Part shown: piece by piece, positions 33,154 to 45,898 of the stretch
How positions within the stretch are numbered: position 1 is the first letter of the stretch
How the letters are laid out: every line of letters begins with the position of its first letter
Assembly (NCBI RefSeq): GCF_000143415.4
Contig: NW_003314279.1
Span: 1,226,091 to 1,290,090 of the forward strand
Reading direction: 5' to 3'
Length of the DNA stretch: 64,000 nucleotides
Source of the DNA: Selaginella moellendorffii
Lineage: Eukaryota; Plantae; Lycopodiophyta
Notes under the pieces: generated by a model
Told to the model about the DNA's origin: nothing
Databases searched by the model: none
What the model saw: the letters and a program-made list of their open reading frames with translations, nothing else
Program-made: the position numbers and the translations under genes

Positions 33154-34614
33154 CTAGTTCCTGCTTATCCAAGCACACAGCCTGCAAGGAAGAGAATCAA
33201 GACTGAGCGCTCTGGCCCAGTAGTAATTCCCAGTCACTCCGCACCGTCTCCAAGCGTGGTACTCGGCATACCGGACTGGATCTTGAGCCAGTCCCTTGAC
33301 GAACTCGGCCAGACTCTCCATGCTGCTAAACTCGCTGGCCAGGATGATCGACTTGGGAGGCACGAAGTCCATGACGTTGGGAGCTCCAAAGTATATGGGG
33401 ATCGTCCCGGCGTCAAGGGCGTAGAAGAGCTTCTCCGTGACGTAGCTTTCGGTTCTCGTGTTCTCGATCGCCAAGGCGAACTTGTAGTGCGACATCGCGC
33501 AGTGCAGATGTTGGTTCCATTGCTGGTCCTGCCCTTCCTGCCTACACTCCGGATACATTTCCAGAGCCGCGTCTCTCTCCCCGACGTTGTTGAGGCATTT
33601 CCCAAACGAGTGGTGGTTCACGAGTGCCAGGAATTTGCTCGCGGTCTCTTGCCTCTCGGGAAGGCACCTCGACGAGGACCAGTAAACGAGAACTTCCTGT
33701 TAAACGAGAACACCGTGAGGAACAAGAGCCTAGAGAGAAACAAAACGGCTATGTACCTTGTTTTTGGTTGGAGATATGTAGTAATTTCTCGAGTTGTGAA
33801 ACAACGCGCCAGCGTACGTCGCTTGCACGTCCGAGCTATGGTGGTAGCTCACAAAAATGTCCTGAGCGGGGGCTCGCTGCTTCTGGGGCTCGATATCGAT
33901 GTAGATGCGTAGAGGGTCTCCCGGTTTTCTCTGTGGAATCGAAAAGCAAGGAAAAAAGAAGAAACTTTAGAGGACTTGCACAAACAATCCAGCACCTACC
34001 TCCACGGGAGGCTTGTTCCACTCGTAGAAGAGCGCATCCGGCTTGTCGGCCAGCACGGGAGACTTCGTCCACAGGCAGCTCAATCCACAGCCGCAAGAGT
34101 ACAAGTTTTCCAAGTTGTCCGGGATCCACGTCCACGACTTTACGTGGATCCCGACGTGCTTCTTCCGGAGCTTGCTACACTTGATCTCCGGGTCTTGGAA
34201 GCAAGGCGGGCGAGGAACAAAATCCCCGGTCAAGTTGCGGAAGCTCTGCCGGAACCGAGAGCACCCCACGCTCTCGTCCCATCTTCGAAACGCGTCGACA
34301 GTGTCATGGAACGCGAACTTCTCCTCCACCGCTGCCATCCTGTTCTTCCTCTGCTCTTCCAAAACCTCCGCGTCTTGGAAGATCTCCTGCTCGCGCCGGG
34401 ACTCGGTGTGGCACAGGAAAACCACTAGCACCACTGCTGTGACTAAGAAACTGCCCAAAAGTCCCCATTTCCTATATCCCGCTAGAGGAGCCATCTCACA
34501 CACACCGCCGCCGCTGCCTTTGCGTGGCGAATCCATGCTCACTCCATCCTCCTCCACCGCACGCCCGCCATGCCCGTTTGCGATCTCCCGTCGCAGCACC
34601 AGCGATCTTTGCAT
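33154..34614 (-). CDS. FUT13: Alpha-(1,4)-fucosyltransferase (GT10), 3 exons
   Basis: N-terminal TM helix; WTWIPDNLENLYSCGCGLSCLWTKS; YKFALAIENTRTESYVTEKLFYAL..PIYFGAPNV. Confidence 0.92.
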
Positions 34615-34776
34615 CAATCGGCAGCCAGTCGAGGGGAGCAGCGAGCGATCGGGCAGCTTACCGCGATGGCCAATCCAAAATGCGGGCTCCTGGCCGAATG
34701 ATTTTGGCGGAGACCCCTTTCTATCTCTACTATTTTCTTTGCCATTTTCTTGGATTTAGGGTTAGGTCACCAGCAA

Positions 34777-35208
34777 ATGGCGATGGCGGTGCGATCGACC
34801 TACAGGCATCTCCTCCGGGTCGTGAAGAAGCATGTAAGTAGCGAAGCGCATTTCAAGGAATTCGTGGCGGAAGAGTTCCGGAAGAATGCGGCGCTCTCCC
34901 CCGCCGATGCCTACGATAAGCTCCGGCTCGCCAAGGATTATGCCTCGTTGGTCGCCAGCGTCCACCATCACAGCGTAAGCTCGCCCTCTTCCAAGCTAAA
35001 TCTCTAGCACTATCGCCAGAGAACGTTTCTGCGTTCTATCATTTACTCGTGTTCTTTTCTTTCTTTTTTCTTTCTTTCTTGATTGCAGGATCTTCTTTTG
35101 TCTTACAACATAGCTGTGGACCGATCGGAAGAGGAGAAGGAGCGATTGAAAGACACTGCTCATAGAGTCGGCCTCCAGCTCCCCGAAGTCTACAAAGGTT
35201 TGAAGTAG
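34777..35208 (+). CDS. Small LYR-motif (Complex1_LYR-like) mitochondrial protein, 2 exons
   Basis: MAMAVRSTYRHLLR...FVAEEFRKN; exon 2 DLLLSYNIAVDRSEEEKERLKDTAHRVGLQLP. Confidence 0.8.
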
Positions 35209-37480
35209 TCCTCCATGCCAGAGTTTAGTTTCTTGTTTGCTTTTTCTTTTCTCCTCTTTTCTCTCTCTCGATTTTGTGGCAGCAGCCAGTGATGACAATC
35301 ATCTAATCCCAGCTCTCAGAGTCTCTTGTCTCTGATAACTAGTTCTTGTTTACTGATGGCTCGCTGCATCACTCTCGCTTATCTCTCTGTCACGTCATTC
35401 CAGAGCGCCTGCTTTTCGTTTTCTTTTTTTTTCCTTTCCATCCTCGTTTGACTCACTTGATGAACTTACAGAGGACACACAACTGAACTCAGCAGCCAAC
35501 TAGCCACTTTCCTCCATTTTTGTAGAACCAGCACAACGAGCTAGATGCTCGAGCTGTGAGGTACATGTCTTGTGTAAGTGGAATTTTATTTGGCTGTGCC
35601 GTCCTCAGCCTCGTTGAATAAGAATAATAGGCTTCCGTTACAGGAAACTGAGCGAAGCTTGATTTGGATGCTTTCGTCCGTCCCTCTGACTGAATCGATG
35701 CAAAGCTTTCTCGATCCACTCGCTCCGGGTTTGCATATTTCTCTGTGCCGTGAAATCTCTTTTAGTTCCTGCTTTCTTTCTTGTTTGCGTTGCGTTCTTC
35801 TTACGCCGGCTCTCTACCATCGCATGAATGAATTGATTACTTTTGAGCAGTGGAGAAGCACGGGCTATTTCCCTGAGTTTTTTTTTGTTTTTTGGTTATT
35901 ATTTTTCTTCGTCGCTATCGACTGCTGCTAATGCCAGATTCATTCAAGACGAGATAATTCTCCGAGAGTGTTGTTGCAGCTAACTTCCTTACTATTTCGT
36001 CCCAACGAGAAGGTACGCTGGTGTGCTTCTGAAATTATTTTATTATACATACGCAGATATCCATTAAAAAACCAGAGCTTTATTTTCTTACATATACAGA
36101 CAGACATATTTTAAAAAACTTGCAGAGAGAGAGAAAAAAGAGATAACCGCGCCAAGTTGCCCGGTCTTTGAGAGCCCAAAGGCAGACAAATGCTGTGAAA
36201 GCGAAAACTAAAATACAAATAAAATTTAGAATTGCAACTAGTGAGAAGAAAAAGCATAACACACACCCACGCCTTTTTATTTTGCAAGAATGTGGTGATA
36301 AAAACATGGCACAGCCTTACGGTTGGCCACTGGCGTAACAAGATCGCTGCAGCAAACCCCTTCTTTATTCCCCGGAATCGTATTATTTTGTCCTCAATGT
36401 CGGGAGGATTCCTTCTCGTTCCATTCCGCTCCACTGTGGTTGCAGCAAAAACTATATAGATCAATCAAAATCAGATCGCCACCTAAAAGCTAAGGTCCGG
36501 TTAAACGCTAAAGAAGACCGTCATAGTAAAGAAGGGAAGGAATTTGTCGTACGGCACGACCGTCACCACGACCTCACCCCAACATGCACTGGGGAGAGGG
36601 GGGGTACGGCAATTGCGCCATTAAATTTCACTCCTGTCTGTGCCTTGTCGTTTTACCAGGGGGTTGAAACAGTTGACAAAATTTTATTTCACCTCCGTCA
36701 GCTAAACAGCCCCCACGTTTGACCGGATCCGTCCGATTGACCGAAAGCGTTAGATGGTCCGTCCGCGTCTTAGTGGCCTGTCGTCCCTCTGTCTGTGGGG
36801 TTTAATTGTTTTGGTGCTGATGATATCTTCTGGGAGATGATATGCTGGGCTGACAACCCAGGCAAGCGAGAAAAAAGGCGAGAAAAAAAACAAAAAAATG
36901 CTTATAATTTTGATGATGTTGTGGCGGTGAATTTTTTTTTTTTTTTCCTTTTGGCAAGCAAGCAAACAAAGCAACAGGGGGCCTAGAGAGGGGCGCCGGT
37001 TTTAAGAAATGATCCAATGCTTTTTTAGGTGGTGTGGTTGTACAATCTTTGGAGCGCATAATGTAAATGAGAGAAACGGCCTTTGATTTGTTGCTTGATG
37101 ATAGGAGGAAGAGGATAGGAAGGGAAGCCAGCAGCCATGGCACCCAACAAAATGCCACACCAAAAGTGAATAGTGACTCTTCTGCTGCTACTACACACAC
37201 AAGAACAAAGAGGAGGAGAAGAAGCAAGCTCTCTTTCTGTGAAAGAAAGAGATTACCATAGGCTAAAGGTGGGATGGTATGTGAACATCTCTTCTCCTCC
37301 CTAGAGCTCTCTCACCCTCTCTCTCTCTCTCTCGCTCTCGGCTTCTCTCTTCTCTCTAGCCTGTGTGAGCTTGAGATCTAAAGCCTGCGCGTGTGCCAGA
37401 TTGAGGCGATGGTGATGGGCGAGTAGTCTTCCTCCAAGAACAAGGGAGCAAGCAGGAGAGGAAGCTCCATTGATCGATCC

Positions 37481-37848
37481 ATGACACTGGAAGCAGAGGC
37501 AACAGGGAGCCAAGCTGCCAAGGAGCACGATTACATTGGCCTGGCCGAGCAGCAGCAGCCGAATCCCCTGGCCGGCAAGAGCAGCAGTAGCATCAAGGTA
37601 AGCGCGGGTGGTCTCAACATGCGAAGGACGGAGCTCCAGCTGGGGCTGCCCGGATCTCCACAGGAAGACGAGCTAGAGCTGCAGCAGCAGCGCTCCAATG
37701 GGTTCCGCAAGAACGGCAGCGAGCAGCATCACGGGGACAAGGAGGACAAAGGGGCAAATGGGTCGAGCGCCAAATCCAAGCCCGCGCAGCCACAGCAGCC
37801 TGCTCGATTTGGCCCAAGCGTGACACCAGATGCCCAGGCCTGGCATCC

Positions 37849-37882
<34 letters not shown>

Positions 37883-38821
37883 TCCTCGTCCTCGTCCTCG
37901 TCGTGCCACCTCAAGCCCCCGGATCTTCACGAGTGCGTGGAGAAGCACGTCGTGGAGGACGCGAGCCAGTCCAGGTGAGTCGCAGCGCCGCGAATTGGAT
38001 TTTGGTTGGATCGATCTCATTAGCTCTTTCTCGTGACGACAGGGCTCCAGTGGGATGGCCCCCAGTCCAATCATTCCGGAAGAATTCACTCGCGGCTCCC
38101 ACTGTTCATCACGCCAAACCGGTGGACTCTCTGTCCAATCCCTCCAGCCCAGCCGCCGCTGCCGCCGCCGCCGCCACCCCTGGAACTTCGTCCCAGCACC
38201 AGGCAGCGGGATCGCAGCTCGTCAAGGTGTACATGGATGGAGTTCCAATCGGGAGGAAGGTGAGCTTGCGGACTCACAGCAGCTACGAGCGGCTGTCCGG
38301 CGCCCTGGAGGAGATGTTTAGACGATTCATCAGCGGTAACGTAGCGATGATCCGGAGATAGAGAGCGCTTACTTGTGATCTTGGCAGGACAATCCGGAGC
38401 CGGCAAGGCCGTGGCCAAGGACAAGCTCGTGAGCGACACCAAGAAGTTTAACTTCATCTATGGCTCCGACTACGTGCTCACGTACGAAGACAAGGACGGC
38501 GATCTCATGCTCGTCGGCGATGTTCCTTGGGAGTAAGTGTTGTCGATCGCCACCTTCGTTTTTTTTAAGTTTTGCTCCTTTCTTCTTCTCGATCAGGATG
38601 TTTGTGGGGGCCGTCAAGCGCCTGAGGATCATGAAAGGTTCCGAAGCCATTGGTCTAGGTGAGCAACCGAAGATCTCTCACGTTTTGTCAACTTTGTTTG
38701 GTTCCTCGTCTGATCTGCTGTTGCGTTTTTGTTTTTGTGTTTTTTCTTTTTTCTTTCCTTTTCCGTTGCATTGCCAGCTCCACGGGCAGCCGAGGACCAA
38801 CTGACCGCTGCCAACAAGTGA
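37481..38821 (+). CDS. IAA: Aux/IAA transcriptional repressor, 5 exons
   Basis: Domain [10 protein letters not shown]; degron [12 protein letters not shown]; PB1 domain [13 protein letters not shown] and [22 protein letters not shown]; poly-Q tract. Confidence 0.95.
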
Positions 38822-39099
38822 TCTGCCTTGTTCACTTTATACAGTACTGCTCCATACTCTACGCCGTGCTGTTTTTTTTTTTCTTTCTTTCTCCCCCACC
38901 TGTCTTGCTTGGCTTAAAAGCTATGGCTGCTGGACTTGTCCAAACCCGAAAGAATCTCTGGTGCTGCTACTGCTGCTGCTTGATATCTGTAATGTAATCT
39001 CTGTAGTGACGAAAGATCCGTAGGAAGAGCTTGGAGACGAACGAGCTCGACCACCAGAGCATGTTGCAGCGCATCTGGACTGTCTCCCTACTCTTTTGA

Positions 39100-42000
39100 G
39101 TTTTTAGTGCGAGCGAGCACCACCACCGCCTTTCGTTTTTTGCCGGCCAGAAACATCGCACGATCGATCGGGAAGAGGTGTGTGACATCACTCGCGCTTA
39201 CGCGGCGGATCTCCCACTGTGGATTCCTGCTGCAGGAGACAAGCAATCAGTTCAGAGCCCAGCAGAGAGATCGGGTTAGCATAAGAAAAGTCGGAAGGAA
39301 AAAAAGCGGAGAAAACATGGAAGCAAAAGTAGGAAGTGACACTGTTACCTGATCACCCGCACAGACAGGAGTGTTACAGTATGCGATGTTGACAACACTT
39401 TTTTCTTCTGCATACGCAACTGAGATGCTTGCTTGTTGACGTTGGCCATCGCCTTTCTTTCTTTTTCTCGTTTCCCTTTCCTTCTCCATCCAGGATAGCA
39501 ATTGGAAGCGAGAGCTCTCTTATTGACTTCGCAAGGTTGGTTTGCGTCGTGCCATCACTGCCAGGAAGGTTGGTGCATGAGATAAGAATCCAAAGCTCTC
39601 TCGGAACAAATGCCATCCTCTTTCAGGAAAACAAAAGGCAGACCTCACGCAAGATGTCCGCCTTTCCAGCCGGTTCCTTGCTTGAGGTTCCATCAGACCT
39701 GCTTACGAAATCAGATGGAGGCCGAAGAAAAGGCTTAGAAAAACGAAAGGAAAAAAGAAAAACTCACAGGTGGGATGTCATTGAGAAAGTCTGGCGATGA
39801 TTCAGACTCGAGATTTGGCCACTCGTCTGCCGATGCGTAGAAACCATTGGAGCGAGGCGACCGCCTGACAAGCTTGGCGACTTTCCACCTCAAACCGATT
39901 GGTAGCTGCCTCAGCTTCTTCCGACACTCTAGCTGGAGCTTCGCGATATCAGCCTTTCGGACTCCCCGCACCGCTCTAGTGGTGGTGGCGGTGCTAGTGC
40001 CGGTGGCGTTTGCAGAAGCCCTCGCGGCTGACCACTTGAGAAACTTTCCCTTGACGACGAACAGTCCCTTGCGAAGCCGGTTGAGCCTGCCGCGCTTTTT
40101 CACTTCTCCTTCTCCGGAGCCACTGCTGCTACATGCGCTGTTGCTTAGACTCAAGCCACCCGGCTCGTCGTCAAGGTTGCTGGCCGTGTCTTGCTCATCG
40201 TAGATCGCAGGAGCACCTAAGTTGCCAAAGTTCGCTCTTTCCCCACTCTTTTGTTGCACCCCCGGATCCTCACCTGTACAACGTTTTCCAGCTACAGCAG
40301 CACGAGTTTGAAGCGAATGCTTTACCTTCTTCTTGCACTTAAGCGCCTTCTCTCTCTTATGCCTTCCCATCCTGGAGCTATGAGCCCGATCGCTCACTCG
40401 ACCAGCGTCACTGTCCGTCTCAACGTCCACCTTCCAGTGCTCCACTGTGTTCCTCGGCTTGCTGTAAACTCCAGGTCCGCCATAATACTCGCAGCTACAA
40501 GTTGGCGATGGTCGTTTCGGCTTCAGGGAAATGTTTACGTTGGAGCTTCTGGCATGCGAGTTTGAGCACCCTGCAGCGTCGATAACCCCGGATCCGTGAC
40601 AGAAAGGTTGAAAGGCTTCGCACATAAGGACGTTGGCGTCGCAAGCACAGCTACTCCGTCGTCGCCGATCTGAGTGTGTCCTGTAGCCGGCAAAAGAGTC
40701 CCTTGTGTCCTCTATCGTCACCATTAGCGTCCTCATCTTCTTCTCGAAGCCATCCATCCAATGCTTTATCTCGCTAAACTTTTCTTCGCAGCACTTCTCT
40801 TCCTTGTGGTCTGCTCTGCCCTTCACCACCATGTTGAGGAGCACTTCGCATGCGGCTTTTTGCAAGGCATTCGTAAAAGCACCGTTGGCCTGGAAGTGGT
40901 TCACGCTTTCTATGTCGTCGGGAGTGCGGGACCTGTCGCCACCATTCTCTGTTCTAACGCTTTTTCTCTCGTAAGCTTCCCTGATGATGGTTTCCATCCT
41001 TTCCATCTCCGCTCTCAGCTCGGCGTCCACTGTCTCCACTTGTAGGAGCATTTCTTCTCGCTTGTGCTTCAGGAGTGAGCGCTTCAGGCCCGCCATCTCA
41101 GCCTCAGTTTGTTGCTGGAGCTCCTTTTGCAGCTTTTCCGCTTCTAGCTGGACGCTCTTCCCAACTCTTTCGATCACTGCTTGGAACTCCGATGCAAAAC
41201 TGGCCTCTTCCGTCTCCGCTACATCTTGCTTGGCTCTCTCAAGCATCTTAGTCCTCAGCTCTTGTGTTACGACGCCCTCGTAACCTTCCACGGCTTTAGA
41301 AACTCGACGGCTCATTTCGTCTCTCTCCAACTGCATCATTTGGATCTCCTTGTCGAGCAAGTTCTCCCGATATTCTTGTAACCTTTCTCTGCGTGATTTT
41401 TCAAAAGAATCTAGCTCCTCGCTCACCATTGACTTGAATTCTTCCACCCGCTTTTGTTTTCGAGATATCAGCTCCTCCTCCTTTTTCCGATATGCCTCCG
41501 TATCTAGCTGTCTTTTGGCTTCCGTCGCCCGTTTGCGCTGCATTTCCTGGATATCTAGAAACTGCCGCTCACGATCAAGCTCCCGTTCGAGTTGTTTCGC
41601 ATCCCTCTCGTGCAAAAGCTTCTTTTCAATCTCTATCCGCCTTTCGACTTGTTCGATCATCTCCTGTCGTTGATTCTGATAGTCCTGTCCTTGCTGCAAG
41701 CTCCTCTGCGTCGGATTCTTGTGCTCACTGCTGACGGGAGTAAGTTCTATAACCGGGATCTGGGTGGGGCTCGCATTCCCTTTGTCTAGTGGTTCACCGT
41801 CGTCGATCTTTAGCTTCATTTTCTCCTTCAGCTGAGCTCTTTTCTGGTCACGGTCAGTTACATCACTTAAGGCAGATTTCCACCTCACGACCAGCCTCCC
41901 AGGTTTTTCCTCAACAATATTGGTTACTGGAACAAGCTGTACAAACAAAGCCATTTGATAAAGCTGACAGAAACGATATTACTTACATCCTTGCATTCGG

Positions 42001-42755
42001 AGACGTGAAAAGTATTTTTGTTGGAATCGTCTCCTGCCACTGCGCCTGCAACGAAGAAAACCATAAAATGATTTACAACACTCAATCTGGCTACTTTGCT
42101 TACCATTTCCCACTTTGTTGGCAGCATTAAGTCGTACCTAGAATTCAAACAACAAAACAAAACAAAACAAAAAAACAAACAACCAGAATATAGAAAAAAA
42201 AAAGAAGCCAAAGTTACCTGTTCTGCCCGAGAAGACGCTTGTAGCTGCTGTATCTTCCGTTGATTGCTCAGCTTAAGAGCTTCTTCTTTATACAGTTTCC
42301 TACAAAGAAACAGATATTGAAGCAAAAGAAGAAGAAAAAAAAGCATACCTGTAGAAATCATCGCACGGATGATCCCAAGTGCTCTCCCCAGTATCGAAGT
42401 TAAAATAATAGATCTCGTCCTCTTCTGTCCGACTACAATAGCAGCCAACTCAATCGATGGAAACAAAAAGGAAAAAACAAAAAAAAAAAGAAAAGGAGCA
42501 CATACCATGGTTTCCATTGTGCTGGTAACTCCGCTTTTAATCCCTCTCTAGCTATCCACAGCAGCTGCTTCTCATGAGGCAAATCAAATCCCAGCCACAT
42601 TGCATACTCGGCAACCTCTACACGATTACACAGGAGAAACCATCTGTCTCAGCTATTCCGAGCTATCATCTCGCGCGCAAGGGAAACGCACCTTCATCAG
42701 TGGCCTCGTAGCTGCTATCCAGTTCCTCCTCAAGAACCATGCTATCTACAGACAT
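39100..42755 (-). CDS. CEP164: CEP164-like centriolar distal-appendage protein (WW domain plus long coiled coil); 3' end approximate
   Basis: Spliced N-terminus [16 protein letters not shown]|[38 protein letters not shown]|[28 protein letters not shown] matches the CEP164 signature; coiled-coil exon at ~39.8-41.9 kb. Confidence 0.82.
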
Positions 42756-42986
42756 TTTGCCCCCCAGATCCGAGCGCGCTGCCAGGGATTAGTGGTGGCA
42801 CCGATCCGGCGCCCTTGCGGCAGGGCGATGGAGTCAATCCAGCGCCCAGAGACAGGGAACGCCAGCAGACATGGCCACGTCTCCTTCCACAAACCCTAGC
42901 AAAGGCATAACGGTTACAGCATATTCTCAAAAGCGCATGAAATGCGTTAGAACTTCTGGCGCGTTTTAAATTAAAAGTGTGAATCT

Positions 42987-44246
42987 CTAGTTTTTGCAAC
43001 ACTGGGGAAGTTTGCTAAGGCAGCACTCGTCCAGCTTGTGATACTGGTTCCTCGCTTTCTGGACGATCTTCTGGATGAACTGATCAATCTGGTCCTCGTG
43101 TCTTTCATAGGCTAATGGCAGCGTGAGAGTTCCAATAACACCTGGAAAGGAAACGGAGAATCACTACCAAGGCACTGTGGAAGTTTGGTCGATCTTTACC
43201 GAGATAGATGAGCGTGAGCAAGCTGAACCATTGTCCAACGTTGCCGAGAACCCACAACATGAGACAAGTCTGCAAGAATAGCTTTAGTTTTCGTTTCTGA
43301 AACAGGGCGGACGATCACCTTGAGAAGCATTGGGAAATCTTTTCCCGTGGACAAAGAGCGTGCGTAGTTAAGAACGCCATTTACTTCCTTGGCCACGCGC
43401 TTGGCAATCTTGTTAGATTTCTCGTCTGAGAGCTGGACCTCGGGAACAGGAGGAAGAGGCCTGCAATCCACAACAAGAAAAAAATCGAGTTATAAAGCTA
43501 AGCACAAAGAATACCTGTTGACGAGCGCAGCTAGATTCGCCCACGCAAAGAGCGCGATCAAAAGGAAAAGAACGATGTTGGCGACGAGCGAGATGAGCGT
43601 GTAGCCAGACCACTCAAAGACGAACCACACCAAGGTGGAGCCTCCCAGAATGCCAATGGACTTGCGCTTCTGCTTCCAGAGCATTACGTCAGCGACTGCC
43701 AAAACAAAGAGTGAAAAAAAACGTGAGAATGACTACCATGAAACGAAATAAAAGCATATCTATAAACGCTCGACGACTTAACGCACTGCGCAAAGGTCGA
43801 GCTTTCGATCACACTTGCAACTCTCGACTTCTTTTAAGCTCTCTGTCCAACACAACATGAAGAACATCTATGTGTAGCTCTCTAGAAAAACCAGATAGAC
43901 CCACAAGACAAAATAGAAGGAACTTACATTTGCCGCCTCCAAGAATCTGATGAACGGAGCGCTCCCTGTGGAGCAAACTCGGGACTGGAGCCGTCCCGCC
44001 CGCCACCGTCGCGACCTTTTGATCCATCGCCGGTGGCTGCTGCTGCTGCTGCTGACTAGGTTGGATTTGTATCTGGCTAGGCAGCGTTTGCTGCTGCTGG
44101 TAGGCCTGTTGCTGCGGCGGCGCCTGTCCAATACCCCATGAATGTACCTCTGGTTGCGCGGAGGAGATATCGGACTGGATCCTGCGCATCGAAGCTATTG
44201 GCGCCTTGTCGCCGGATAGATCCGAATGCATCCGCTGGTAAGACAT
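42987..44246 (-). CDS. Reticulon-like protein B (RTNLB), multi-exon
   Basis: SVHQILGGGK|ADVMLWK..TLVWFVFEWSGYTLISLVAN..LFAWAN; TLPLAYERHEDQID. Confidence 0.92.
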
Positions 44247-44674
44247 CCTGCAAATACCAAAAGCGGTGAGTATCGATCGATGATCCTCCAGAGGAGATGG
44301 AAAGACCTATAAGATCGAGCTAGAGCGCGCAAGAAAACGCCCCTCCGCCCCAAACTAATGGTTTTGTGTCAAAGTAGGGGCGGGAAAGGAAGGGACGGCG
44401 ATCCTCTCGGCCGATCGCAACCGTCGGCTTCCCAAACCGTCACCGTACGGCTGGCGTACCAGTACGGTACCACGTCACAAAAGCCACGTAATTTGGAGAT
44501 GGTTTTCCACGTCACTGCTGGCGTAATGACATGGCGCTGGAGACGGGGGGATTTCTTTTCTCGCATTTGGCTGTAGTGATCTTTGCGCTTGAGGTTCGCG
44601 ACCATTGGAAGGAATTTGCTAGGGCTCCGCGGGAGCTGCGAGCGCGAGTGGATCGCCGCCGGTTCTCCAGTTCA

Positions 44675-44939
44675 ATGCGCCATCAGGCTGGAGCGTCTCC
44701 ATCGCTGCTCACTAGGGCAGTGAGCTCGATCTTCGCGTTCGTGCGGCTGGCCGAGTTTGAGATCCTGTTTGTGCTCTTCTTTGTCATCGTTTTCCTGCTC
44801 GTCAAGGATCTGGTAGGGAGCTCAGGAAATTTAGGGTTGATTGATCGAGCGGGCAGCTCAACTAAATTCTCGTTGGCTCGTATAGACTTCTCGCCCGGAG
44901 TACAATCAAATTCTCGTCCGGAGGGAGGGTCACCTGTAG
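44675..44939 (+). CDS. Spliced 63-aa single-TM small protein / uORF immediately upstream of CFAP20
   Basis: Exon 44675-44812, GT-AG intron 44813-44885, exon 44886-44939: MRHQAGASPSLLTRAVSSIFAFVRLAEFEILFVLFFVIVFLLVKDL|TSRPEYNQILVRREGHL*. Confidence 0.7.
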
Positions 44940-44944
44940 GGAAG

Positions 44945-45759
44945 ATGTTTAGGAACACCTTCCAGTCGGGCTTCTTGTCAATCTTCTACAGCATCGGGTA
45001 AGCTCTCCAGCTCAGAACCAAAATTCTAAAGCTTTGATCTTCTCTGGCAGGAGCAAACCTCTTCAGATTTGGGAGAAAGATGGTAAAGTTCTCAAGAGCG
45101 CGAGCTATGGAGAATATCAACTCTTTCCCTTTGCATTTTTGTTTTCCATTCTCCAGTGTCGAATGGACATATCAAGAGGATCACGGACGATGACATCCAG
45201 TCCATCGTGCTGGAGATCATGGGAACCAACGTCAGCACCAATTTCATCTCCTGCCCCTCGGATCCAGCGATGACGCTGGGCATCAAGCTGCCATTTCTAG
45301 TGATGATCATCAAGAACCTCAAGAAATACTTCAGCTTCGAGGTCCAAGTCCTCGACGACAAGAACGTAAGGCGTCGCTTCCGGGCGTCGAATTTCCAGGT
45401 ACTCTCTCTACACGCTACTCACGAGATCGCTCGAGATTTGAGCTCTCTTGCAGACGAGCACGCGTGTGAAGCCTTTCATATGCACGATGCCAATGCGCCT
45501 GGACGAGGGCTGGAACCAAGTGCAGTTCAATCTCGCGGATTTCACCAGGCGTGCCTATGGAACGAACTACGTGGAGACGTTGCGGGTGCAAGTTCACGCG
45601 AATTGCAGGCTGAGGAGGATTTACTTCTCCGAGAGGCTCTTCTCGGAAGAGGAGCTCCCTCCCGAGTTCAAGCTCTTTCTACCCGTGCAGGTAAGGCTGG
45701 GCTCCTCATCTTTGTCGTGTCACACTGATTTTTTCCTTTGCTTTTCTTAGAAGCCTTGA
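44945..45759 (+). CDS. CFAP20: Cilia- and flagella-associated protein 20 (BUG22), 5 exons
   Basis: [18 protein letters not shown]|SKPLQIW...[41 protein letters not shown]...[15 protein letters not shown]. Confidence 0.97.
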
Positions 45760-45898
45760 TGTGTTGCGACTTATAGGGAGATATATCGCGAGGATTTTCT
45801 CTCTAAAATTCGAATTTCAGAGGTACTTCTTGTTAAATTATAAGGTTTTTATGCAGCTTTTCATGAGTTGTTATTGTGACAAATTGATTTATTGAATA

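Noticed and set aside
33103-34759. Long plus-strand ORFs antisense to FUT13 (and similar antisense ORFs over the PPR, GRAS, RGP and CEP164 genes)
   Set aside because: Shadow ORFs caused by GC-rich codon usage of the real genes on the opposite strand
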